This document shows, one piece after another, positions 52,723 through 61,732 of a stretch of 64,000 bases of DNA. The stretch's first letter is position 1; each line of letters begins with the position of its first letter. The notes below the pieces were generated by a model, which was not told the DNA's origin, did not search any database, and was given only the letters and a program-made list of their open reading frames with translations. Source of the DNA: an uncultured Acidobacteriota bacterium (GTDB lineage Bacteria > Acidobacteriota > UBA6911 > RPQK01 > JAPXNP01); contig CAVZRV010000007.1 in NCBI GenBank assembly GCA_963777605.1, positions 512,001-576,000 of the forward strand, read 5' to 3'. The position numbers were made by a program, and so were the translations under genes.

Positions 52723-53138
52723 TTACGCCCTCCTTCATCCTGGTAGCACTCCTCCTCAGCTGCGACTGCGATGCAACCCAGGGTGAACTCGGGAAACTCG
52801 TTGAGGATCCTGAAAAAGTGCCCCTTTGAAATCAGGAGGCATTGAGCCCCCTCATCTCCAGCCTTCAAACCCTGTCCCAGGGACCTGTCAGCCAGAAGCG
52901 CACCCACCCCAAAGACGCGCGGCAGCCCGCTTCCGTCCTCTCGCAGCACGTTTCCCTCGCTGACCGCATAGAGACGCTGAAGTACCTGCCCCACCCGAGC
53001 AACCGCCTCTCCGGGAGCGAACTGCTTCGCGGCGACGACTTCAGCGATCACGACCAGTTCCGCCTGTCCCAACTGGTCAAACAAGGGGATGCTGCGAAGT
53101 TCAAACACCCGTTCAACCAGTTTCACGACTCCCTCCAA
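52719..53138 (-). CDS. Stand-alone cyclic-nucleotide-binding-like domain protein
   Basis: VERVFELRSIPLFDQL..IAEV..FAPGEAV..GQ..LYAVSEG; overlaps both neighbours. Confidence 0.82.
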   Translation of the reverse strand: MEGVVKLVERVFELRSIPLFDQLGQAELVVIAEVVAAKQFAPGEAVARVGQVLQRLYAVSEGNVLREDGSGLPRVFGVGALLADRSLGQGLKAGDEGAQCLLISKGHFFRILNEFPEFTLGCIAVAAEEECYQDEGGRN

Positions 53139-55279
53139 AAGCTGACCCAGAGGTCGTCAATCCTGGACACTTTTCCCAACCCGCCGAAGTGATCCAGTGC
53201 CCCCTGAATTTCACCCGGATCCCGCAATCGACCGGTTGAAAGGGCCTGTTTGAAACCGCTGGAATCCTCGATCAATTTCGATCGAGAAATGAAGAACTGC
53301 TCGCCGGGGCCGGCTTCCCGCCGGAGGTCACCCTCGAGCTTCAATAACCGGACTCCCTCCGATTCCGGGCTCACAAAGGCGGGCAGATGGTCTCGGATCA
53401 AGCCTCTCAGAACGAGATGATCCATATCCAGACGCAACAACGCCCCCAGGACACCGCAGAAGAGCGGGTCCAGGAACTCCCGGATTTCCTCCCAGGAATC
53501 CTGCTTCCGATCCACCAAAGAGGACAGCAGGCTCGAGAGATCCGACCGAAGGCGAACCGCCTCGAAGGGATCTTCAGGGCTGTCACTTACAAACCAGAAG
53601 TAGAGATATCTGCCGCGAACAATCCAACCCGATGCGTCGCGCCGGACGGCTCCCCGATTTGTTCGGCCACACAGCACGTTCCGGAACTCGTCCGGCGTTG
53701 CGGCGTCGGTCCTGCTTGCCACAGTAAGGATCAACTCGGCCCTCTGGCGTTCCCGCTCCAGTTCCTGGTTACTCCGGGTAAGGCCGTCTATGGTGCCCTT
53801 GAGAGCGGCGCTCATGTCATTGAAGGAGTCGGAAAGCTCCTTGAGTTCCGCCGGCCGATCGATCCTGACTTCCTGACCAAAGTCACCAGCGGCCACTTTC
53901 AGCGCCTGTCCCTTGAGTTCCTCGATTGGCCGGAGGAGAGAGTTACTGACTCTCACAACCGCCACGGAGGCGATCAGGACGCAGAAGAGGCCGGTCAACA
54001 ACACCGTCACTAACGCCGACCGGGTCTTCTCTTCGATGATCGAGACGTTGATATCGGCCCCGGCGAGTGCCGAGATATCCCCGTTCTCCCTGAAAATGGG
54101 AGCGTCGGCGGACTTGATCAGGCCCCACTGCTCCCAGAACTCTATTTCGGAGAGGTTGACTCCACCTTCCCTCCGGACCCTGACGGTCCCGGCCTCCGGG
54201 GGATCGGCATCGATGTCCCCAATCCTCGAATGGGCGTCATCCTGGTTGGCGTCGAGAACGTAGACGATTTCCCGGTCCTCATCTCCCAGGACAAAGGTGT
54301 AGAGGTAGGTCAGCCCGACGGCCTCCTTGATTCGGCGCATGGGGAGAACGTAACTCTGATAAATGGCTCCGTTCTCGTTTCGGTACCCGGGATACCCAAC
54401 TTCCCCGAAGAGCCCATCGTCCGGATTGAGCCTACCCAGTCTCTCTCCTGCCGCCCAAAGAACTCCGTTGCGTCTGTCGTAGGTGATACCACTTATCAGG
54501 GGTTGACTCGACGACTTCACTCCCCCGGAGGGGCTGATTTCGCTATCCGCACCTCCTTCCGATTCCGCCGCTACAACAGGGGCGACCTCTTCGATCGATC
54601 CGTCCGGAAGCCTGACCTCCACGAGTTTCGACGGCAGAGAATCGGTCAAAGCGAAAAGCGTTCCGCCGCCCGGCCCAGTGGCGAGACTCCGGATCGGCAG
54701 GTCTTCCAGTTCCCGCAATCGGCTCGACTTGAACGCTCGCGGTTCGATCTCAAACAGGGCCGTGCCTGCAGCGTAAAACCTGCCGGAGGCTGAATCTCCT
54801 GCAATGGCAACAGTTCCCGAAGGGATCCGCCCCAGGGGTTTGGTGGTAACTGTCTCGGGGTCGATCTCGAAGAGCCAGCCCGTTTCATGCTCGAGCCCGA
54901 CCAGCCGGCCGTTTCGTTCGTCCCAGGTCAGATCGTCGAACCGGGAAGAAAGCCTTCCGAGGACGGCGGCACTGCCAGTTTGGGAGTCTAATCGAAGCAG
55001 GGCGCCTGAAGCATCGAGGGCAAAGATGCCCTGACCGTCAGGGTCGGCGGCGAGCGCCCGAGGTTGATGGGGCTGCAGTATGTCGGCATGCTCGTCCCCA
55101 TCAATGAACGCTCCTGTAATCGTACTTACCGCTCTCAACCGCGCGTCGAACCCCGCCAGAATCTCGCGATAGAGTGACGAGTACATGAGGTAGGCCGCTC
55201 CGGCCGCCGTTAAGAACAGGGTCGGCAGGAGAATCAGGAGCAGGGCTGTCTGGATCCGCACTTCCCGCTTTCTGGTCAT
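53123..55279 (-). CDS. Membrane sensor: Cache-like periplasmic domain with inserted beta-propeller, HAMP, degenerate PP2C-like tail
   Basis: TM, IDGDEH, five ~40-aa beta repeats, YLYT..YVLDA..SRIGD..QWG..SADAPI..AGADI, TM, HAMP RPIEEL..ELKELSDSFNDM. Confidence 0.75.
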   Translation of the reverse strand: MTRKREVRIQTALLLILLPTLFLTAAGAAYLMYSSLYREILAGFDARLRAVSTITGAFIDGDEHADILQPHQPRALAADPDGQGIFALDASGALLRLDSQTGSAAVLGRLSSRFDDLTWDERNGRLVGLEHETGWLFEIDPETVTTKPLGRIPSGTVAIAGDSASGRFYAAGTALFEIEPRAFKSSRLRELEDLPIRSLATGPGGGTLFALTDSLPSKLVEVRLPDGSIEEVAPVVAAESEGGADSEISPSGGVKSSSQPLISGITYDRRNGVLWAAGERLGRLNPDDGLFGEVGYPGYRNENGAIYQSYVLPMRRIKEAVGLTYLYTFVLGDEDREIVYVLDANQDDAHSRIGDIDADPPEAGTVRVRREGGVNLSEIEFWEQWGLIKSADAPIFRENGDISALAGADINVSIIEEKTRSALVTVLLTGLFCVLIASVAVVRVSNSLLRPIEELKGQALKVAAGDFGQEVRIDRPAELKELSDSFNDMSAALKGTIDGLTRSNQELERERQRAELILTVASRTDAATPDEFRNVLCGRTNRGAVRRDASGWIVRGRYLYFWFVSDSPEDPFEAVRLRSDLSSLLSSLVDRKQDSWEEIREFLDPLFCGVLGALLRLDMDHLVLRGLIRDHLPAFVSPESEGVRLLKLEGDLRREAGPGEQFFISRSKLIEDSSGFKQALSTGRLRDPGEIQGALDHFGGLGKVSRIDDLWVSFWRES

Positions 55280-58200
55280 AAGATCCCCATCCGTGCCCCG
55301 AGCAGGCCGAGGGCCACCTTGGGATGACGGGCAGCTTCTTCTCGAAACGCCGCTGCGTCCACAACGAGTGCCGAGACACCTTCGGAAAAGACCGTCTCAC
55401 GGCGTGTTCCCTCCCCGAAAAGGCTTTCAGTTCCGAAGGTGTGCCCGACTCCACATTGCCGGTTGAATCCATTCTCGACTCGCACCTGCCCGCGAAGAAT
55501 CACGAAAGTCTCGTTCGCGGGGTCACCGCTTCGGTAGATCAGGTCACCGTCGAACAGTCTCATCACGCGGGAATATTGGGAGAAGATCGAAAGCTCTCTG
55601 ACTCCAAACGAGTCAAAGAACTCCGCTTGCGAAAGCCGATGGATCTTTTCGATTTCGTTCAGGCCGTCCCCGTTCTCCGACTTTTCGAGCAGCGAGAGGA
55701 TGATCTCCCCGAACAGACGCGATTTCACCCGAGGAAGACAGGCTCGAAGCTGGTCGATACTCCCTTTCGGGTCATTCTCCCAAAGGGCCTGGGCGGCAGA
55801 ACTCCTCTCGAGGTCAAAAGAGCTCTCCAGCGCCTGTGCGACAATCTGCTGCCGATCCAACCCGTTCGCGCCTGAACGACCGCCTGAACTCGAACCGGGC
55901 TCTTCCAGGTTGCTGCGATCAACCAGGGGAAGGAGGCGCTTGAAGATGTCCCGACTACAGGCTTGTTCGATGCTCTCCACCGCGTTCGCCCGCACCTTGG
56001 GGTTGGTAGACCGCAGCGATGCGCTGATCATTTCGAAATCAGGCAACCGCCCTCCCATCGCCAGCGCCTCAAGAACGAACTCGACGATCGTCTGCTGAAT
56101 GTCGCGGTAGAAGAGCGTGAGGACCCCAAATCCGCAGGAAGAGTCCGTTGGGACTCCAAGGTGTTGGTTGAGGTGCAGATAGCTGTAGGCTCGATCCAGT
56201 TCGGTTCGGATCAGCGCGGGAAGCAGGCTGGCAAACTGCGGAAAAGCAAGGTGGGCCAACGTGCGCGCTGCAATTGAGCGCGACTGGTAGTCATAGTTGG
56301 GATCCCGCAGGACCGCCACGATGATGGGGACGCTCCCGAGTCCGGTCTCCAGGATCAGCTTCTCAATCTTCCTCCGCTCCTGAGGGCTCAAACCCTGTTC
56401 ACTCGAGAGGAGCGGCTGAATAGACTGGGAATCCCGGATTCGACTGAGGACATCGATGACGAGTCCCCGCTCCTGCCTCCCTCCATCCCGAAACGCCAGA
56501 ATCAGTTCCGGGACCAGGTGTCCAGAATCGCGACCGGCGAGGTTCCGGATGGCGGCGAGGGCTTCGCAGCGGGTCGTTCGATCCGGGTCACGGAGAAACT
56601 CTGAAAGAAAGTGCGCATAGCGGGACTGTCGCATCTGGCCAAGAGCGCGGATCCCGGCCCATCGCTCTCCCTGCTCCCCTCGCAGCAGTTGATCAATAGT
56701 CGAAATCGCACGCACACCGTTGGTGAGGTTCCAGCTGTTCCATTGGGCGACGGCCGCTGCCGCCCGGTCGGAAGGATCGGCGGATTTCTGTAATGATGCC
56801 AGGGCTTCGGACTGGATCAGACCCTGGGCGCCGAGGACCTCGACGACGGCTGCTTCAGCCGCTATCTCGCTGCGGCCCATCGCGCGTACCAGTGCCGTCA
56901 GGATCTCGACATCGGCCTCCTCCAGGATGTCGCTTAGCAGGGATCGGAGTTCCCGGGGGGCGATCTCTCGGTGATCCTCCAGGGACTGAAGAAGCGACCG
57001 AAGAGCCAGTCTCCGGTCCGAGTGGACGAGAAGTCGAATCGCGGTTCTGGCCACTTCCTGGTCACTTGAGAGGGAACGCTGTTCCAGTTCGGCAATCTCA
57101 CCCGGATCCAGTTCTGCAAGAATTTCCTTGTCTGAACGGGAGAAGTCGAGCCAGTCCCTCCTCAGATTGCGCATGATCGAGGGCAGGTAGTCCATCCGCA
57201 GGAGGAGCGCCGCACCGATCAGCACCACGCTCCCGGCAACGCCGATCGTCGAAATCCCGCCCGAGGTCATCAGCGGTGCTCCCAGGAGCAGAAAGAGTCC
57301 CGCAAAAGAGGCGGCCAGAGGTTCGGAGATTCCTTCCGAGAAGGTCCGCACCTGGCTCTTGTACTCACCCGGGACCCCATTCATGACGAAATTCCAGTTG
57401 TTGTTGTCTATCGAGGACTGAATTCCCTGGTATGCGAAGAACCCGAAGACCGCCGCCGACCAACCAGCGTGCCATCCCAGCAACCCGAATGCGGCCAGGT
57501 AAGTCAGAGGCTGCACGAGGGCCATGTTGCGGACTCCGACCCAGAGCACGGCCCGGCTGAACACGAAGAAGTTGATGAAAAGGTTGAACACGTTGGTGAG
57601 CGCGAAAAGCGTGCCGAAAAGAACTGCCAACTCCTCCTTGCCGGTGGATTCGGAGAATATACCCAGGTACTGGTACTCGCAGACGGTCGAGAGAAAGACA
57701 GTGGCGACCAGGACCACGTTGAGCAGGACCACGTATCGAGATCGGTTCATGATCCGGGTGACTTGGAGAGTCTGCTGGAGAAACCCGGTCTTCTCAGGCT
57801 CCGTTTCGGGCTCGATCGTGCGCCACCTCCGGTTGATGACAACAATCACCGGAAGCGCGGCCGCCGCCACCAGCGCCCATACCAGGAAAAGATCCTCTAC
57901 CCGTACCAGCCGGGCGAGCAGGGTGACAATGCCCCCGCCAACCGCAGCCCCGCAGGCCGATCCTCCGGCGAACACCGAAAAGAGCCGCTTGGCGTCGAGC
58001 ATGTCGAAATATTGATCAACGTGATTCCAATAGAGAGTGAAAAGACTAATTGCCCAGGCGGAAGCATAGAGTTTGACAAAGTAGTAAGGCAACGAACTCT
58101 CTCCGGAGAAGAGATTCACGAGCAGGGAACAGACGATGCCGCCACCCACCAGCGCTGCCAGGATAATCTTGAAGGTCCCTGTGCTGCCGTAACGGGTAGT

Positions 58201-58422
58201 CAGGTACGAAAGAACCGGGGTGAAGGCCAGCATCACAAAAGGAAGCAGGAGGTAGACCACGGGCAGGCTGCCGGCCCCGACGTGCACCAGGAACAGCGTG
58301 TCGCCGGTGCTGATCCCAAGTGCCACACCAACTTCCAAAAGGGCGCCGAGCAAAGCGAAGTGGAAGACCTTCCGCCCTTCGGTTCGGTGCACCTTCAGCA
58401 ACTTCAGTACGAATCGGCTCAT
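55276..58422 (-). CDS. NTT/TLC (ADP/ATP carrier-like MFS) transporter fused to HEAT repeats and a C-terminal cNMP-binding domain
   Basis: DTLFLVHVGAGSLPVVY, YWNHVDQYFDMLDAKRLFSVF, about 12 TMs, HEAT units (DPDRTTRCEAL, NPKVRANAVE), IEKIHRLSQAEFF..GDLIYRSGDPA..FG. Confidence 0.85.
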   Translation of the reverse strand: MSRFVLKLLKVHRTEGRKVFHFALLGALLEVGVALGISTGDTLFLVHVGAGSLPVVYLLLPFVMLAFTPVLSYLTTRYGSTGTFKIILAALVGGGIVCSLLVNLFSGESSLPYYFVKLYASAWAISLFTLYWNHVDQYFDMLDAKRLFSVFAGGSACGAAVGGGIVTLLARLVRVEDLFLVWALVAAAALPVIVVINRRWRTIEPETEPEKTGFLQQTLQVTRIMNRSRYVVLLNVVLVATVFLSTVCEYQYLGIFSESTGKEELAVLFGTLFALTNVFNLFINFFVFSRAVLWVGVRNMALVQPLTYLAAFGLLGWHAGWSAAVFGFFAYQGIQSSIDNNNWNFVMNGVPGEYKSQVRTFSEGISEPLAASFAGLFLLLGAPLMTSGGISTIGVAGSVVLIGAALLLRMDYLPSIMRNLRRDWLDFSRSDKEILAELDPGEIAELEQRSLSSDQEVARTAIRLLVHSDRRLALRSLLQSLEDHREIAPRELRSLLSDILEEADVEILTALVRAMGRSEIAAEAAVVEVLGAQGLIQSEALASLQKSADPSDRAAAAVAQWNSWNLTNGVRAISTIDQLLRGEQGERWAGIRALGQMRQSRYAHFLSEFLRDPDRTTRCEALAAIRNLAGRDSGHLVPELILAFRDGGRQERGLVIDVLSRIRDSQSIQPLLSSEQGLSPQERRKIEKLILETGLGSVPIIVAVLRDPNYDYQSRSIAARTLAHLAFPQFASLLPALIRTELDRAYSYLHLNQHLGVPTDSSCGFGVLTLFYRDIQQTIVEFVLEALAMGGRLPDFEMISASLRSTNPKVRANAVESIEQACSRDIFKRLLPLVDRSNLEEPGSSSGGRSGANGLDRQQIVAQALESSFDLERSSAAQALWENDPKGSIDQLRACLPRVKSRLFGEIILSLLEKSENGDGLNEIEKIHRLSQAEFFDSFGVRELSIFSQYSRVMRLFDGDLIYRSGDPANETFVILRGQVRVENGFNRQCGVGHTFGTESLFGEGTRRETVFSEGVSALVVDAAAFREEAARHPKVALGLLGARMGIL

Positions 58423-58652
58423 GTTTAGCGCCCTGCGGACCGGTTCAGGGCATCCTCTCAATCAGACCACTCTGCACAACTCACCGTCCTGCCGCCGAGA
58501 GCGGCAAAAGGTCATACATGAAATCGGCAATTTTGACGATAGGTTTAAATGAGAGAGAGGGGCCTCCAGGCTCCAGCGACCTCAGATAATGAAACGAGAC
58601 GAGGCTTGAACCCTGTATCGACCTCGTTTAGAGCACAGCGAAAGGAGGGGGA

Positions 58653-59375
58653 ATGAGTCTTCAGAAGCCGGCAATTCTACTCGCGTTAATTCTTCCGATG
58701 CTGTCGGCGGGAGCCTTCGGTGAAGATCAAGATGACCCGGGAACAGTCAGCGTTGGCGTGTCGGCGGATGTTGTCTCAGACTACTACTGGCGGGGATTCG
58801 ACGTCACCGACGGGCATCCCGCTTTCCAGCCGAACTTCGATTTCTCGCACAATGCTTCCGGTCTTTGGTTCAATTTTTGGGGTTCGTTTCCCCTCAGCGA
58901 TCGGGCCCAACTCCGTGACACCGATGAACTGGACTTCACCGTCGGGCTCGACCGAAGCCTGAACGACAAACTCGACATCACTGCGGGTGCAGTCTTCTAC
59001 GCATTTCCCCGACTTGACCCGAGCGAGGACCTGACCGAAGAAGTTTTTCTCGGTTTTTCGTTCAGCTCTCTCCCTCTGAGCCCCACGACGATCTACTACC
59101 AGGATTTGAATCTGGGTGACGGCGGCTATCTGCAGGTCAGCGGCAGCCAGTCAATCAAGAACCTGACACTGAGTTTGCAAAGCGGTTTCAACTTCAAGCA
59201 GTACACCGAAAAGACGGGCTTCAATGACCTGATCATCGGCGCCGGGTACGACATCAGTTTGGGAACGGGCGGATACTTGACCCCCTACGTGAACTTCGCC
59301 GTCGTCGACGACAAAGAACGCAACCCAGACAACACAGAGCTCTGGTTCGGTATCAGTTTCGGCTGGGACCACTGA
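58653..59375 (+). CDS. TorF-like (TIGR02001/Gcw_chp) putative outer-membrane beta-barrel porin
   Basis: Signal peptide, VSDYYWRG, PAFQP, FNFWGS, ELDFTVG, C-terminal WFGISFGW; GGAGG SD. Confidence 0.75.
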   Translation: MSLQKPAILLALILPMLSAGAFGEDQDDPGTVSVGVSADVVSDYYWRGFDVTDGHPAFQPNFDFSHNASGLWFNFWGSFPLSDRAQLRDTDELDFTVGLDRSLNDKLDITAGAVFYAFPRLDPSEDLTEEVFLGFSFSSLPLSPTTIYYQDLNLGDGGYLQVSGSQSIKNLTLSLQSGFNFKQYTEKTGFNDLIIGAGYDISLGTGGYLTPYVNFAVVDDKERNPDNTELWFGISFGWDH

Positions 59376-59387
59376 TCCAGGAGGTTT

Positions 59388-60920
59388 TTGTCCATGTCAT
59401 ACCGATCCAAGCTGCTCCTCTCACTGACGCTGCTGGTGTTACTCAGCTGCGTCGTTGCCGGGGGCATTCTCTACTACCAGGCCAGGAATGAGCTCTTCGC
59501 CGATCTTCAAAGCAAGGTGTTGTCCATCGCGGCGAGCACCGCTGCCGGGATTGACGGAGACCAGCACGAGAGAATCCGGGTTCCCGAGGACGAGAATACT
59601 CCGGAATACCTTGCCATCGAGCACCAACTCCGAAAGGCAAGAGACGCCAATCGCCGCCCGGACGTCTATGTCGCCTATATGTACACGATCCTGTACGACC
59701 CCCAGCAGCCGAGTGTCATTCGATTCGGTGTCGATGCTGAGGAGGATCCAAAGGAAAAATCCCACGTCGGAGACCTCTACAAAGGAAAGCCCGGAACTCC
59801 ACTGGTGATTACTGAGTACCAGGTTGACAAGGACTTCTCTGTTGACAAATGGGGCACCTGGCTGAGTGCTAACGCCCCGATTCAAAACCGGGCAGGCGCG
59901 ACGGTTGCCGCCCTCGGTGTCGACGTTCGGGCGGAGGATGTGCTGCAACGACTGGCCCTGATCCGGTACAGCCTTTTGTCCGCTGTGGGCATTTCCTTCG
60001 TACTGGCGGTCCTCCTTTCGATGGCCCTTGCCGGCCGGGTCAGCAAACCCCTGGAAGCGGTTCGCAATGTCGTTGCCAGGATCGGCCGGGGCGACCTGAA
60101 GGCCCGGATCCACCTCAAAACACGTGACGAGTTCGGACAGGTTGCCGCTGCGATCAACGAAATGGCCGTCGGGCTTCAGGAGCGGGAAGAGCTCAAGGGC
60201 GCGTTCGCCAGGTACGTGTCACAGCAGGTCCTGGAAGAAATTCTTCGGACCGGAGGGGCGATCAATCTGGAAGGGGTGCGGCGAAAGGTCACGATCCTCT
60301 TCTCAGACATCCGGAATTTCACCACGTTCGCGGAGGGTCACGAACCCGAAGAAGTTGTCGGATTCCTCAACGAGTACTTCGAGTCGATGATTGACATCAT
60401 CTTCCGCCACAAGGGGACTCTCGACAAATTCCTCGGTGACGGGCTGATGGTGCTCTTCGGCGCCCCTCTGGAAGACGAGGAGCAGGAGAAGAATGCCGTT
60501 GCCGCCGCTGTTGAAATGCAGAAGGAACTCCAGAGGTTGGCAAAGAAGTGGAATGCCGACCTGCACGCCGATATCCGGGTCGGTATCGGGATTCACACCG
60601 GACAGGCAATCGTCGGTAACGTGGGATCGAGCAAACGGATGGAGTACACCGCGATCGGCGACACCGTAAACGTCGCCTCACGCCTTGAGACCTCCACCAA
60701 GGTCCTGGGGGTTCCGATCCTTGTCAGCGAGAGCACCTTCAACGCTGTGAAGGACGACTTCCGGTTCGTCAACCAGGGAGAGATCTCCGTGAAAGGGCGC
60801 CACGCCCCGGTTCCTGTTTTTTCCCTCGCGGAAGCGCGGTCGGATGGTTCGACCTCCAGCGGCATGGAAGCACCTTTACGGCACGACTCACCGGGAGATG
60901 GAATAACGTCTGGCCGTTGA
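59388..60920 (+). CDS. Membrane-bound class III adenylate cyclase (Cache-like sensor, HAMP)
   Basis: Two TMs, HAMP, FARYVS, ILFSDIRNFT, LDKFLGDGLM, IGIHTG..VGNVGS, YTAIGDTVNVASRLE, VKGR; K/T specificity pair of class IIIb. Confidence 0.95.
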   Translation: MSMSYRSKLLLSLTLLVLLSCVVAGGILYYQARNELFADLQSKVLSIAASTAAGIDGDQHERIRVPEDENTPEYLAIEHQLRKARDANRRPDVYVAYMYTILYDPQQPSVIRFGVDAEEDPKEKSHVGDLYKGKPGTPLVITEYQVDKDFSVDKWGTWLSANAPIQNRAGATVAALGVDVRAEDVLQRLALIRYSLLSAVGISFVLAVLLSMALAGRVSKPLEAVRNVVARIGRGDLKARIHLKTRDEFGQVAAAINEMAVGLQEREELKGAFARYVSQQVLEEILRTGGAINLEGVRRKVTILFSDIRNFTTFAEGHEPEEVVGFLNEYFESMIDIIFRHKGTLDKFLGDGLMVLFGAPLEDEEQEKNAVAAAVEMQKELQRLAKKWNADLHADIRVGIGIHTGQAIVGNVGSSKRMEYTAIGDTVNVASRLETSTKVLGVPILVSESTFNAVKDDFRFVNQGEISVKGRHAPVPVFSLAEARSDGSTSSGMEAPLRHDSPGDGITSGR

Positions 60921-60959
60921 GGTGGGCAACCCCGAAAACCAAGCGGATGCGGACGCCAG

Positions 60960-61355
60960 CTACTCCTTCTGGGAGCTCGAATCGTCCTTCTTGTCGCTCT
61001 TGCGGGTCCAGCGTTCACGGACCAGTTGTTCGAGCTGTTCCCTCTGAGTCTGGCTCAGTGATGGGATCAGCTTGCTGTGCGCACGAGTGAAAATCTCGTC
61101 CAGCCGGGGACGGTATTCCCTATGCAACTGCTTGAGTTCCTGCCGGGTCTGTTCACCAATTTCTTCGAGAAGCTGCTGCTGCGATGCGTCCAGCTTCAGC
61201 TCAGTGGTCAAAGTGCCCTTCCAGTCGCTCACGAGGTGATCAGAGCGACGCGGACCCGAATCGGCGCGATACCACAATGTAGCCGAGGTCAGCCCGGCCA
61301 GGAAACCCAGCACGAGCAGAAGGACAATCCCGAATATTCTCTTCCAGCGCTGCAA
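60960..61355 (-). CDS. Periplasmic Spy/CpxP-like helical protein
   Basis: N-terminal TM, ELKLDASQQQ, LSQTQREQL. Confidence 0.65.
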   Translation of the reverse strand: MQRWKRIFGIVLLLVLGFLAGLTSATLWYRADSGPRRSDHLVSDWKGTLTTELKLDASQQQLLEEIGEQTRQELKQLHREYRPRLDEIFTRAHSKLIPSLSQTQREQLEQLVRERWTRKSDKKDDSSSQKE

Positions 61356-61360
61356 AACAA

Positions 61361-61732
61361 TTACCTCCCGCTGTTGCGGACAACGGCAATTTCAACAATC
61401 TGATCAGGAGTGAGGTTCGGCTCACCCTCTTCGACCACCGTCCAGATCAGCCCCTCGGATGAATCGAGCTGATCACGGATATTCACGTTCAACGACCAAA
61501 ATGAAACCGCCAGAAAGGCCAGGATCAGAAGCAGCACCGGGGCGGCATGCCAACCCCATTCCCCGATAGGAAGCGGGCCTGATTCCAGGCGGGCCCGGGC
61601 ATTTCTCAGTTTCTCCCGGTAACCGGCCAGAAAAACCGCATCGGGAAGTTCCTCACCCGATTCGCATTCAGAGTTCCTCAAGAGGACTTTCAGTACGTGA
61701 TCCACATCTGAATTGGTCACTTTCGGTCTCAT
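61361..61732 (-). CDS. Probable membrane anti-sigma factor
   Basis: Single TM protein overlapping the ECF sigma gene (ATGA). Confidence 0.6.
   Translation of the reverse strand: MRPKVTNSDVDHVLKVLLRNSECESGEELPDAVFLAGYREKLRNARARLESGPLPIGEWGWHAAPVLLLILAFLAVSFWSLNVNIRDQLDSSEGLIWTVVEEGEPNLTPDQIVEIAVVRNSGR

Noticed and set aside
51379-55279. HAMP proteins as histidine kinases or chemoreceptors
   Set aside because: No H-box, HATPase or MCP signalling motifs after the HAMP domains
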